Source: a virus
IMG/VR virus record: IMGVR_UViG_3300035123_000008
Coordinates: 5,583-69,582 of that record
DNA: 64,000 nucleotides
Strand: one strand, 5' to 3'
The translations under genes and the position numbers were made by a program. This document shows positions 1-7,973 of the stretch, piece by piece. The notes under the pieces are model-generated. The model was not told where the DNA came from and made no database searches. It was given only the letters and a program-made list of their open reading frames with translations. How positions within the stretch are numbered: the first letter of the stretch is position 1; each line of letters opens with the position of its first letter.

Positions 1-114
1 TTGGCGAGTTAGAATAACTGCACCCTTCTTGAAGTGACCACCTATATCTTTTGACCACCACCATCCGGGGCTTTGAAATTCCCAACCTAATTCCTTCATC
101 CTCTCATCATTCAT
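1..114 (-). CDS. Partial hypothetical protein running off the window edge (MNDERMKELGWEFQSPGWW...)
   Basis: ATG overlaps the TGA of the upstream ORF (ATGA); frame stays open to base 1. Confidence 0.45.
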   Translation of the reverse strand, partial: MNDERMKELGWEFQSPGWWWSKDIGGHFKKGAVILTRQ

Positions 115-491
115 AGTGCCTCCTTTATAAGAGTCTTGACTTTTTCTATATCTGATTGAGTTAAGCCCCTCCATGATGGGTGAGGGGCTTTGATGTACTT
201 GACTTGTAGGTTGTAGCATCCTCTCTGAGCGACTTTGCCACAGGCGAGGATCAGCTTTGGTTTTACGAACCGGATCCACATACTCATCCAATGAAGATCA
301 GCTTCCTTGATCTCTTTGGAGTTGTCTACGATCTCATCCGTGGAATTTATAACGAAGTAAGGAACTCCCTCAGGAAGCATCTTGATAAGCCCTCTGCCTG
401 TCGGGGATTTCCACATCGAGATAAGCCATTGATCATAGGGCAATCTCTTTAGGTCCCGATACCAAGCATTTTGAAGAAAAACTAAAATCAT
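111..491 (-). CDS. Uracil-DNA glycosylase superfamily-like protein
   Basis: ILACGKVA followed by KAPHPSW (UDG motif-B-like HPS); start moved to ATG 491 after AAGGAGGG. Confidence 0.6.
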   Translation of the reverse strand: MILVFLQNAWYRDLKRLPYDQWLISMWKSPTGRGLIKMLPEGVPYFVINSTDEIVDNSKEIKEADLHWMSMWIRFVKPKLILACGKVAQRGCYNLQVKYIKAPHPSWRGLTQSDIEKVKTLIKEAL

Positions 492-559
492 CTGCCCTCC
501 TTTCAGTTTGAAGACCATCTCGGGATCACCGAGTTACCTCCGTGATCCTAAGTCGATAT

Positions 560-937
560 TCAATTGATTTCTGCTAACTCACCCTTAAGAGCTTCCTCAA
601 AGCTGAGACCTTGCGTTTCAGCGATTGCTTTTACATCCTCTTGGCAATAGCTGCAGACCTTGGTATCACTCATTGGATTGTGATTGCTAGCTGTTTCACC
701 ACATAATTTGCAGGAACCAGTTAGCTCTTGAAGGAGTTGATCAAGGTTAGCATCTCTGGAAAGAAAGCCATGATCTGCACTTGCCATAATCTGTAAGTGG
801 TCAATCATGTAGGCTTTCCAGTATCCTTGATTTGGCAGTCCTTTCGTTGCCTCTTTGATATTCTCAATCGCCTCGAAAAGTTGTTCTTGAGCATCTCGAA
901 CCATCATTGCTCGTTCTTCTTCGCTGTACATTTTCAC
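560..937 (-). CDS. Hypothetical protein with C-terminal CxxC...CxxC zinc-binding motif
   Basis: CKLC...CSYC; GGAG SD upstream. Confidence 0.7.
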   Translation of the reverse strand: MKMYSEEERAMMVRDAQEQLFEAIENIKEATKGLPNQGYWKAYMIDHLQIMASADHGFLSRDANLDQLLQELTGSCKLCGETASNHNPMSDTKVCSYCQEDVKAIAETQGLSFEEALKGELAEIN

Positions 938-945
938 TCTCCTTA

Positions 946-1362
946 TTACTTGCTAGCTCCACTCCATCGGGTGCTAAGATTAAGGTCATCCCATTCTTCA
1001 GGCTCTAAATTTTCAATTGCTTCTGACCAAGCCTTGATGCCTCCAGTAGGGCAATCGATTTTATGAACGACTTGTGCATCTTCCGAGCTATAGGTGCCTC
1101 CACAGTCTTTGCATTTTGTACCCGGAGGAGGCCAGTGTTGAACACCACATGCTGGTTCTTCAGCGTCGATAGCTTCCCGTTCTGCCTGATATACTTCTCG
1201 CTGGTATTCAACCCTGTGTTTGAAGTCGTTGAAAAGCTCTTCATCGGTTGCGAATGTCCAGATTAGTGCGTCGAGCAGCTTATCATCGACTGGCTGATCT
1301 AAGCCCTGCCATTCATTGACTCGCTCTACTAACTCTTGAATAAAAATAGGGTCCTTGTTCAT
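946..1362 (-). CDS. Hypothetical protein with Cys motifs
   Basis: Start moved to ATG 1362 (MNKDP) after AAGGAG; CKDC and HKIDC motifs. Confidence 0.7.
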   Translation of the reverse strand: MNKDPIFIQELVERVNEWQGLDQPVDDKLLDALIWTFATDEELFNDFKHRVEYQREVYQAEREAIDAEEPACGVQHWPPPGTKCKDCGGTYSSEDAQVVHKIDCPTGGIKAWSEAIENLEPEEWDDLNLSTRWSGASK

Positions 1363-1385
1363 CGAATTCTCCTTTAAATAATTTA

Positions 1386-1457
1386 TCGGCTCGTGAGTGC
1401 CGAGGAAGGAGTCGAACCTTCCATCTGCGGTCAACCCGACCAGCACTCACCAGCCGA
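1386..1457 (-). ncRNA. Candidate tRNA-like structured RNA (T-arm inside a long closing stem)
   Basis: Intergenic; GGAAGG-TTCGACT-CCTTCC T-arm; GTGAGTGCTG/CGGCACTCAC and TCGGCT/AGCCGA closing helices; GGTC/GACC small hairpin. Confidence 0.45.
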
Positions 1458-1481
1458 CAAAAGCCGGACTGGTGTAACTCT

Positions 1482-1835
1482 TTAGCCTACTGCCCAATCA
1501 CCATATTCTGTTCTTTCTAGGAAATATTTATGACCATTGGGGCATTCCATCTGGAACCAAGTTGGATTTTCAATCTCGTCCCTTGGACCTTCTTCTGTGG
1601 TCTTAACTCTGGCGCCAACTCCCTCGGCGTAGCACCGGGGGCAACCACTCTCGAAGAGGGTAAAAATTACATCTCCCTCATCTAATCCCCAAGGTCCACA
1701 TCCTTCTCGAACTGTAAGTGGGATTTCATTTTTTGCCTGTTCTTCCTCCTCCATAAATTTCTCGTAATCCTCAGGCCATTCTTCGTTCTCTAATCTTCGT
1801 CCCACATTACTGTAATCTGGTGTAGTCATTTTCAT
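1482..1835 (-). CDS. Hypothetical protein with CPRC / CPNGH zinc ribbon
   Basis: AAGGAG SD; Cys motifs. Confidence 0.7.
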   Translation of the reverse strand: MKMTTPDYSNVGRRLENEEWPEDYEKFMEEEEQAKNEIPLTVREGCGPWGLDEGDVIFTLFESGCPRCYAEGVGARVKTTEEGPRDEIENPTWFQMECPNGHKYFLERTEYGDWAVG

Positions 1836-1840
1836 CTCCT

Positions 1841-2035
1841 TTATCGTTGACCTGTGCTTTTATAGCCGAAACTGCTTTCAAAGCGCATCCCCATAGCTCG
1901 GTTCATCAGCTTGACCCTTCGGACCGTAGCCGGATACTTGCGTGTTACTCCATCACGTGTAATCCAAATTAGCTCAATGTCAGTCTTGCAGAATGGAGCT
2001 TTGCCTTCATAGATTATGGATCGTGGATCTCTCAT
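1841..2035 (-). CDS. Small hypothetical protein
   Basis: AAGGAGA SD upstream of ATG. Confidence 0.6.
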   Translation of the reverse strand: MRDPRSIIYEGKAPFCKTDIELIWITRDGVTRKYPATVRRVKLMNRAMGMRFESSFGYKSTGQR

Positions 2036-2716
2036 TTCAATCTCCTTATCTTTATTTGCCGATAATCAAATAACTGCTCTTTAAAGGAAGCAACTATGTG
2101 TTTATGGGGAAATAAAGAGAAAAGCCCACCAAGTTTCCTTTCGCTTGGTTGGTTCTTAGGTCTAAGCCTAACAGGTGTCCCGGAATCATCTTGGCTTCTC
2201 GCTGCTGATCCTACTCCTTTCCATCCAGAGCCTCGACCCTCTCTAAAGGGTGCGCCGTGTACTCCCCCACGCTCTTTCAAGTCCGTTTTGGGTAAATCCC
2301 CCTCAGCAACGCCTAGTCCTGCTAGGTAAATTTAACTAAGCTAAAAATTAGAAGGGTTATCCTCACCGGGGTCCTGAAGTAATCTAGTAGTTTCCTCTAT
2401 AGAATTCTGAAATTTTGAGTGGCTACCTCCCCTCCCTTTTTCTTAGAAAAAGTTTAGTTAGAGGTTGATCCCTTAGTTTCCCTTAGGTTACGGCATCCCT
2501 AGTCAAAATTCCTCTATTTCAGACTTGCCAGATTATTAGGTTTTTAAGGTCCCACTTACATACCCATTATAAAGGAAACTTTATAGTTGTCCATAGCTAT
2601 TTATAAAGGAAACCTTAAAAATTTGAAGCTCCAAAAAAGCCTTGTAAAACCTTAAAATTTCTGGAGTGGTCGATATATTTATTTTCTTTTATAAAAGATT
2701 GCTTTATAATGGGAAC
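2036..2716. promoter_or_regulatory. Divergent non-coding control region with short repeats
   Basis: Genes diverge on either side; TTATAAAGGAAAC at 2567 and 2601; ACCTTAAAA at about 2612 and 2649, inverted at about 2542; TATAAT at 2705. Confidence 0.55.
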
Positions 2717-2941
2717 ATGTCTGAAAAAACACAGAATAAGGGGAGGGTCATTTCACTCATTCCAGAGCGAATTGAGGCTACCTTTCCAAGCGTAAACCAA
2801 TTTCATAAAAGTTCGAGCTTATCTTGGCCGACTTGCTTCAGGTTGGCACATGGAGGCGTACCCGGACGAGTGGAGGTTTGGGTTGAAGTCTGTCGTCTTT
2901 TAAAGTGTCAACCCGGAGATGTGCTAATCTATGAGGAATGA
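2717..2941 (+). CDS. Cro/C1-type helix-turn-helix regulator (HTH_26-like)
   Basis: C-terminal VCRLLKCQPGDVLIYE is typical of small Cro/C1 HTH proteins; start moved to ATG 2717. Confidence 0.75.
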   Translation: MSEKTQNKGRVISLIPERIEATFPSVNQFHKSSSLSWPTCFRLAHGGVPGRVEVWVEVCRLLKCQPGDVLIYEE

Positions 2942-2970
2942 AAAAGAGCCACCTGCGGGATGGCTCTTTT
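2942..2970 (+). terminator. Rho-independent terminator after the HTH gene
   Basis: AAAAGAGCCA-9 nt loop-TGGCTCTTTT perfect 10-bp inverted repeat. Confidence 0.75.
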
Positions 2971-2981
2971 ATAATTGTTCT

Positions 2982-3264
2982 CGATCTCCTGAGGGGGGTT
3001 CGCGAACATACATATTATATCATACGTCTCGAAACTGCGGGTGGACGCCGTGTTATAAAAACCCCTCATTGAAAGCCCGACAACCCCTAACCGAAAGGGC
3101 GTATTAGCAGGGATAATGGGCATCTGGCAAACAATGTAACCCTTCCGTCATGCCTGACCGGACGTAGGTCACGAGGTGAGTGAAACGGAGACCAGCACCA
3201 TTTGAGTGGACTATGGGACGAGGGCAAGGGGTGTATCTCCCTTATTGAAAGATAGGGGAGGTGC
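2982..3264 (+). ncRNA. Candidate structured leader / ncRNA
   Basis: About 280 nt with no convincing ORF; several hairpins, two with GAAA tetraloops; TATAAT at 2970-2975 just upstream. Confidence 0.35.
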
Positions 3265-3287
3265 GGTCAAAAAGTGGAGTAAAGTCT

Positions 3288-3800
3288 ATGACTGATGAAC
3301 AATTGCCAAATGAAACATCTGGGGAATACTTTGAAAGACTTTTTCCCAAACGAGAGCATGAGCCATTAGATAATCCCATGGCAGGGATGACCGAGGACGA
3401 AAAACTCGTTTACTTATTACAGAAAGAGGGCAGGACTTGGCGCTGTGAAGATCGGATCAAGCCTGCTCTCAATGCTTTTATTGACACGATGGGAGAGCAT
3501 TATTATCCACGTGCCGAGCGTGGCAGAAGTACCCTCTATCACTCTGCCCGAAATATCGTGGCTGAGATCGGGGAATCTTTCAGCGAAGAGTTTGTAAAGT
3601 GGGCTTGTGAGATTGCCAAGAAGGACCTTACGATCAAATCTCTGTACTCGATTGAATACCTCATCCCCCAATTTCGACGGAAGATAGCAGAGCGACAATA
3701 CTTTGAGGAGCCTTTCGAGGTTCCTGACATGGTGGAATGCCCACGCTGTAAAAAGATGATTTTCGAGGATCACTTAGAGCTAGATTGTCGAGGTCATTAG
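3288..3800 (+). CDS. Hypothetical protein with C-terminal CPRC zinc ribbon
   Basis: GGAG SD before ATG 3288; abuts next ORF. Confidence 0.7.
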   Translation: MTDEQLPNETSGEYFERLFPKREHEPLDNPMAGMTEDEKLVYLLQKEGRTWRCEDRIKPALNAFIDTMGEHYYPRAERGRSTLYHSARNIVAEIGESFSEEFVKWACEIAKKDLTIKSLYSIEYLIPQFRRKIAERQYFEEPFEVPDMVECPRCKKMIFEDHLELDCRGH

Positions 3801-4079
3801 ATGACTCACATGGAAGCTGAACTCCTCGACTTCCAACTCGTGTACGAGGACGAAGAAATTATAGCCTTTCAATTTCGTTTTGGTCCCTGTGAGGATTGGG
3901 CTGTCACTTTCGGGAATTTCAAAGGCTTAATCCGGATGGAAGATCGCACTCCTTATAAGGAAAGAAGCTGGTTGTGGGAAGTGAAAGACAAGCCCTACAC
4001 CCGACAGGTACTTTCGGAGATTTTTGATAATTTTGAACAATGTCTTGATATTGCGACGAGGCAGATGAGGATGTTTTAA
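3801..4079 (+). CDS. Hypothetical protein
   Basis: Coupled to flanking ORFs (TAG-ATG and TAATG junctions). Confidence 0.7.
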   Translation: MTHMEAELLDFQLVYEDEEIIAFQFRFGPCEDWAVTFGNFKGLIRMEDRTPYKERSWLWEVKDKPYTRQVLSEIFDNFEQCLDIATRQMRMF

Positions 4080-5248
4080 TGAGTAGAGAATTAGAGCCTT
4101 TGGATGATTCAGAAAAGATACAGCTGGCAACCTTGGAAGTTATTATCGAGGAGGGGTTAAAGGATTTTATTCGGGTCGGAAATGCCTTGATGCGAATTCG
4201 AGAGTCAAAGCTTTATCGGGAGTACGGGACCTTCAAGGAGTATATAAGTGAGCGATGGCATATTTCAATCACTCAAGGCTACCGGCTTATGGACACGGCT
4301 TATATTGCACAGTCGTTAGAGGAGCAAAAAAGTACCAGATCTGGTACTTTTTCACCTACTAACTATTGGCAGTTGACACCATTACAGAGGCTTGGAACAT
4401 CTCGCAGACCGAATCCTGAAGCGTGGATAGAAGCATGGGAAATGGCTTGTAAAAGTATGAAAAATACTCCCACGGAAAAAGCTGTCAGCACACAGGTTGA
4501 CAAGATACTTCGGAAGGTAGACGTAAATTATGCCAGTCCTGAAATCCTTCATTGGGTGGGAGAGTTTGAAACCCCCGGTGTATATGTCGCAGACGTGACA
4601 GAGCCTTCGTTCTACAACTCCATGCCGGAGGATATTTTCGATATTATTATCAGCGATCCTCCTTGGGAGGAGGAAGGGCTGGAGCTTTATATCAATCTCG
4701 GCAAGCTGGCACTCAAGACCTTAAAGCCCGGAAGGTTCTTGATGGTGTATCTCGGTAAGATGTTTCTCGTAGATGAATTACAGGTCCTTAATAGATACCT
4801 TGATTATGCTTGGACATTCTGTCTTTATCAGCCCGATAGCAACGACCGGATTAACAAGTGGCAACTCTATGGGGCTTGGAGACCAGTCGCAATGTTTATC
4901 AAGCCTCCGGTGGAAGATCGAAGGCTTTTAACATGGCTACCCGACTCAATGAAAACCACTCGTGATAAAAGGTATCACCGATGGGGGCAGGGAACAGGAC
5001 CGATAAAATATTGGATAGAAAAGTTCACCTTAGAGGGGGAGCTTGTAGGAGATTTTTACGGTGGTGGAGGGATGACCCCCTCCTCGGCACAGGCTACGAA
5101 TAGGAATTTCCTTGCCTTCGATAAAGACCCTGATGCAGTTAAGGCAATGTCAGCCCGACTCCTTGAGGAAAGCTGGCCGGAAATGCCTCCGAAACTTGAT
5201 ATAAAAAAGGTAGCAAAAAAGAATGAAGCACAGGTTTCGGCACCCTGA
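4079..5248 (+). CDS. N6-adenine/N4-cytosine DNA methyltransferase (beta-class order) with N-terminal helical domain
   Basis: DIIISDPPW catalytic motif precedes GDFYGGGG SAM-binding motif; N-terminal GNALMRIRESKLYREYGTFKEYISERW. Confidence 0.8.
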   Translation: MSRELEPLDDSEKIQLATLEVIIEEGLKDFIRVGNALMRIRESKLYREYGTFKEYISERWHISITQGYRLMDTAYIAQSLEEQKSTRSGTFSPTNYWQLTPLQRLGTSRRPNPEAWIEAWEMACKSMKNTPTEKAVSTQVDKILRKVDVNYASPEILHWVGEFETPGVYVADVTEPSFYNSMPEDIFDIIISDPPWEEEGLELYINLGKLALKTLKPGRFLMVYLGKMFLVDELQVLNRYLDYAWTFCLYQPDSNDRINKWQLYGAWRPVAMFIKPPVEDRRLLTWLPDSMKTTRDKRYHRWGQGTGPIKYWIEKFTLEGELVGDFYGGGGMTPSSAQATNRNFLAFDKDPDAVKAMSARLLEESWPEMPPKLDIKKVAKKNEAQVSAP

Positions 5249-5636
5249 GAAATTCCAGCAATTACAGTTCAGGGATTGGATTCGAGAGAATATGCCCCAT
5301 GCCTCCGAAGGTTATGTCGTGGAGGACATTGATCTCGTCCTTCGTGCCTATGGTGCTAACTACTATACGGATGCCGAGGGAATATTCATGCTGATCGAGC
5401 TAAAGTTCGGGAATGCTTGGGTTGGAACAGCACAGCAAAGGACCTTCGGAATGATCCATAAGCTTTTACGCAAGGCAGATCCCGAAGCTCGACGGTATCT
5501 TGGTTATTTTGTGATCCAGTATGATAATGAGGATTGGGATAAGGCGAATTTTAAGATTAACGGGGTCGAGGTAGATCGGGAAAAGTTTTGGGCTTTCATG
5601 AATTTTATGGCACCTATTAAGTCAGTGAATTTCTAA
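5223..5636 (+). CDS. Hypothetical protein, possible PD-(D/E)XK fold
   Basis: EDIDLV...LIELK pattern. Confidence 0.5.
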   Translation: MKHRFRHPEKFQQLQFRDWIRENMPHASEGYVVEDIDLVLRAYGANYYTDAEGIFMLIELKFGNAWVGTAQQRTFGMIHKLLRKADPEARRYLGYFVIQYDNEDWDKANFKINGVEVDREKFWAFMNFMAPIKSVNF

Positions 5637-5637
5637 G

Positions 5638-6033
5638 ATGTGTGAGCTACGGGGTTATGAGATCGGCTGTTATGGAAGGATCACAGGACAGCATATTATT
5701 ACAAAGGGAATGGCGAGAGGAAACGCAGAGGTCAGGAAAATACTCGTTGCCTGTCCCGAAGAAATCATGGCACCGGTCTGTCTCGGTCATAATGTAACGA
5801 AGTATGCTGATGATAAGGAAGCACGTGCAATTCTTATCTTCAATAGATGTCTCTTGTTAGGGTTTCGCAGGGTTGATAAGTTCCTTCGGGAGCTTCCTTG
5901 GAAACAGCAATACTACGAATATACCCTCCCCGGGTTGCTCGCTTTTCTCCCCCCTCCTTACCTTATCCAGCAGATGATAAATAAATATGATCCGTTGAAA
6001 TTCAAAAGCCCCTATGATATTCTGAGGGAGTGA
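5638..6033 (+). CDS. Hypothetical protein (Cys/His motifs)
   Basis: Operon-like packing; C...C...QHII...CLGHN. Confidence 0.6.
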   Translation: MCELRGYEIGCYGRITGQHIITKGMARGNAEVRKILVACPEEIMAPVCLGHNVTKYADDKEARAILIFNRCLLLGFRRVDKFLRELPWKQQYYEYTLPGLLAFLPPPYLIQQMINKYDPLKFKSPYDILRE

Positions 6034-6338
6034 GGTCACGATCGGACAGTAATCAAAACGATATAGTTAATGATGCTCGAAGCGTCGGTGCTTCGGTTTT
6101 TGTTACCTCACAGGTGGGGGGTGGTCTCCCTGACCTGATAATCGGCTTCCGAGATAAAAATTATTTAATTGAAGTGAAGGAAGATGAAAAATCGGAATTT
6201 ACTGCTGCCCAAAAAAAGTTCTGGCAGGATTGGAATGGACAGAAAGCTATTGTCTACAATTCCCATGAGATGTTAACAGTAATTGGAGCTATCCATGGCA
6301 CAGAAAAAGAAGAAATCTACAGGCGCAAGCCCAAGTAA
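6030..6338 (+). CDS. VRR-NUC / PD-(D/E)XK endonuclease
   Basis: GLPDLIIG...LIEVK...FTAAQKKF motif set. Confidence 0.8.
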   Translation: MRSRSDSNQNDIVNDARSVGASVFVTSQVGGGLPDLIIGFRDKNYLIEVKEDEKSEFTAAQKKFWQDWNGQKAIVYNSHEMLTVIGAIHGTEKEEIYRRKPK

Positions 6339-7002
6339 AGAGTTTAAGCCGGAGGTTGTTAACATAGAAGTGCTTAAACCCCATCCCCGAAACTACCGAG
6401 AACATCCCGAAGATCAGATAGAACACATTATTGAAAGTATTAAGGAACACGGTATCTATAAGAACATTATAGTTGCCAAGGAGTTTACATTATTGGCTGG
6501 TCACGGCGTTTGGATAGCCAGTCTCAGGATGGGCTTGAAAGAACTTCCTGTTATTAAGCTCGATCTGGATCCAGATGATCCTCGGGCTTTAAAAATCCTT
6601 ACAGGGGATAATGAAATCGGTGGCAGGGGGGAAATCAATGATCGTCTGCTTTCCGAAATATTAAAGGAAATAAAAGACGAGGATGATGTTGGATTATTAG
6701 GAACTGGATATGATGAGCGGATGCTAGCCAATTTGATTTTTATCACTCGTCCTGCCAGTGAGGTAAAAGATTTCGATGAGGCTGCGCATTGGGTAGGTAT
6801 GCCGGATTATGAGCCTGCGGAAGATGTAATAAAGGTTATCGTCAGTTTTGATAGTGAGGCAGATCGTAAGAAGTTTATGAAGCTCATTGATGTTAACAAA
6901 ACCCGACAAAGATCACAAAACGGGAAGGTATGGTCAATCTGGTGGCCTGACCGAGAGCGCGAAGACTTACAATCCGTCCGGTGGGAAGAGGTAGAGGCGT
7001 AA
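6295..7002 (+). CDS. ParB/Srx N-terminal domain protein
   Basis: LKPHPRNYREH...ESIKEHGIYKNIIV...LLAGHG...GLKELPV. Confidence 0.85.
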   Translation: MAQKKKKSTGASPSKEFKPEVVNIEVLKPHPRNYREHPEDQIEHIIESIKEHGIYKNIIVAKEFTLLAGHGVWIASLRMGLKELPVIKLDLDPDDPRALKILTGDNEIGGRGEINDRLLSEILKEIKDEDDVGLLGTGYDERMLANLIFITRPASEVKDFDEAAHWVGMPDYEPAEDVIKVIVSFDSEADRKKFMKLIDVNKTRQRSQNGKVWSIWWPDREREDLQSVRWEEVEA

Positions 7003-7973
7003 TGGTATCAAAGGGAAGTCGTTTCGGGAAACTGAGCCCTTGGGCGTGGGCGATAGAGCCGGTACGCGGTTGTAATCTCCGTTGTGGGCATTGTGCTACC
7101 CGATTATTTCCTAAGGGTGAGTTGGAATTTATGACGCGTGAAACTTGGTCGGATTTATTCTCTCTGATCAATGCCGTAACTCCGAGATGCAGGGTTGAAA
7201 TGGCAAATGCAGGTGAGCCTTCACTTCATCCCGATATGATAGACCTTTTATGGATCGCCCGGAAATGCGCGCCCTATGCCCAAATCCAGATGACGACAAA
7301 TGGGACAAAAATCGCCTCCGGTGATCTTACCTATAAGGACCTGTTCGGTGCTGGTGCAAATATCATCTACGTGGATATGTACGCTCCTGAGAAGAAGCAT
7401 GTAAAGCTGGCAGAGGAGTCAGGATATTACTGGTATCGCTATCTGGATGCACCGAAAGATGCTCCGGGGGCTTGGTCATATCATGGTCCCGATAAGAGAT
7501 TTATTGTCCTGATGCAACCCCCTATCCGGTGGCCTGATCGACGGAAAAGCCTTGGTCGATTGGGTACTTTTTTTAATCACCTTGATTGGAAAGCTGCAGA
7601 GCCGTTTAATCTATTTCCTGTAACTGAGCCTATTGCACGTGGTTGTTCTCAACCTTTCAAGTATGTCTCAATTAAGGTTGATGGGTCCTATGAGCTATGC
7701 TGCCAGGACTTCTTTGCCGAGACTGCCGAATTCTTAGGTAATGTATCGGAGGGCGTAGAGGGCTTTGAGAGATTTTGGTTCGGGGAATTTATGCAGGAGC
7801 ATAGATTACACCTTCGTAATAAGGATCGGGCTTGGTCACCCTATTGTTCTCGTTGTAACATCACGTTCTCGATGGCAGACTGGCGAATGTGGGAGGACGA
7901 TGCCCTGAAATATTATTGGAACGGGAATAGCTGGTTGCCTCTAAATACAAAGGAAAAGAAACGTGTCAAGTAA
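7002..7973 (+). CDS. Radical SAM enzyme with SPASM/twitch-like C-terminus
   Basis: CNLRCGHC (CxxxCxxC), GEPSLHP, TTNG, CSQPF...DGSYELCCQD...LGNV...CSRC. Confidence 0.9.
   Translation: MVSKGSRFGKLSPWAWAIEPVRGCNLRCGHCATRLFPKGELEFMTRETWSDLFSLINAVTPRCRVEMANAGEPSLHPDMIDLLWIARKCAPYAQIQMTTNGTKIASGDLTYKDLFGAGANIIYVDMYAPEKKHVKLAEESGYYWYRYLDAPKDAPGAWSYHGPDKRFIVLMQPPIRWPDRRKSLGRLGTFFNHLDWKAAEPFNLFPVTEPIARGCSQPFKYVSIKVDGSYELCCQDFFAETAEFLGNVSEGVEGFERFWFGEFMQEHRLHLRNKDRAWSPYCSRCNITFSMADWRMWEDDALKYYWNGNSWLPLNTKEKKRVK

Noticed and set aside
1386-1457. Canonical tRNA gene
   Set aside because: No anticodon arm or proper D arm, T-arm too far from the 3' end, no CCA; kept only as a tRNA-like candidate
2032-2280. 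82-aa ORF on the - strand (and 2096-2329 on +)
   Set aside because: No SD and low-complexity translation; its 3' end merely contains the SD of the next gene
3150-3200. Hammerhead ribozyme (CTGA...GAAAC)
   Set aside because: The core reads CTGACCGGA rather than CUGANGA, and the three stems cannot be formed
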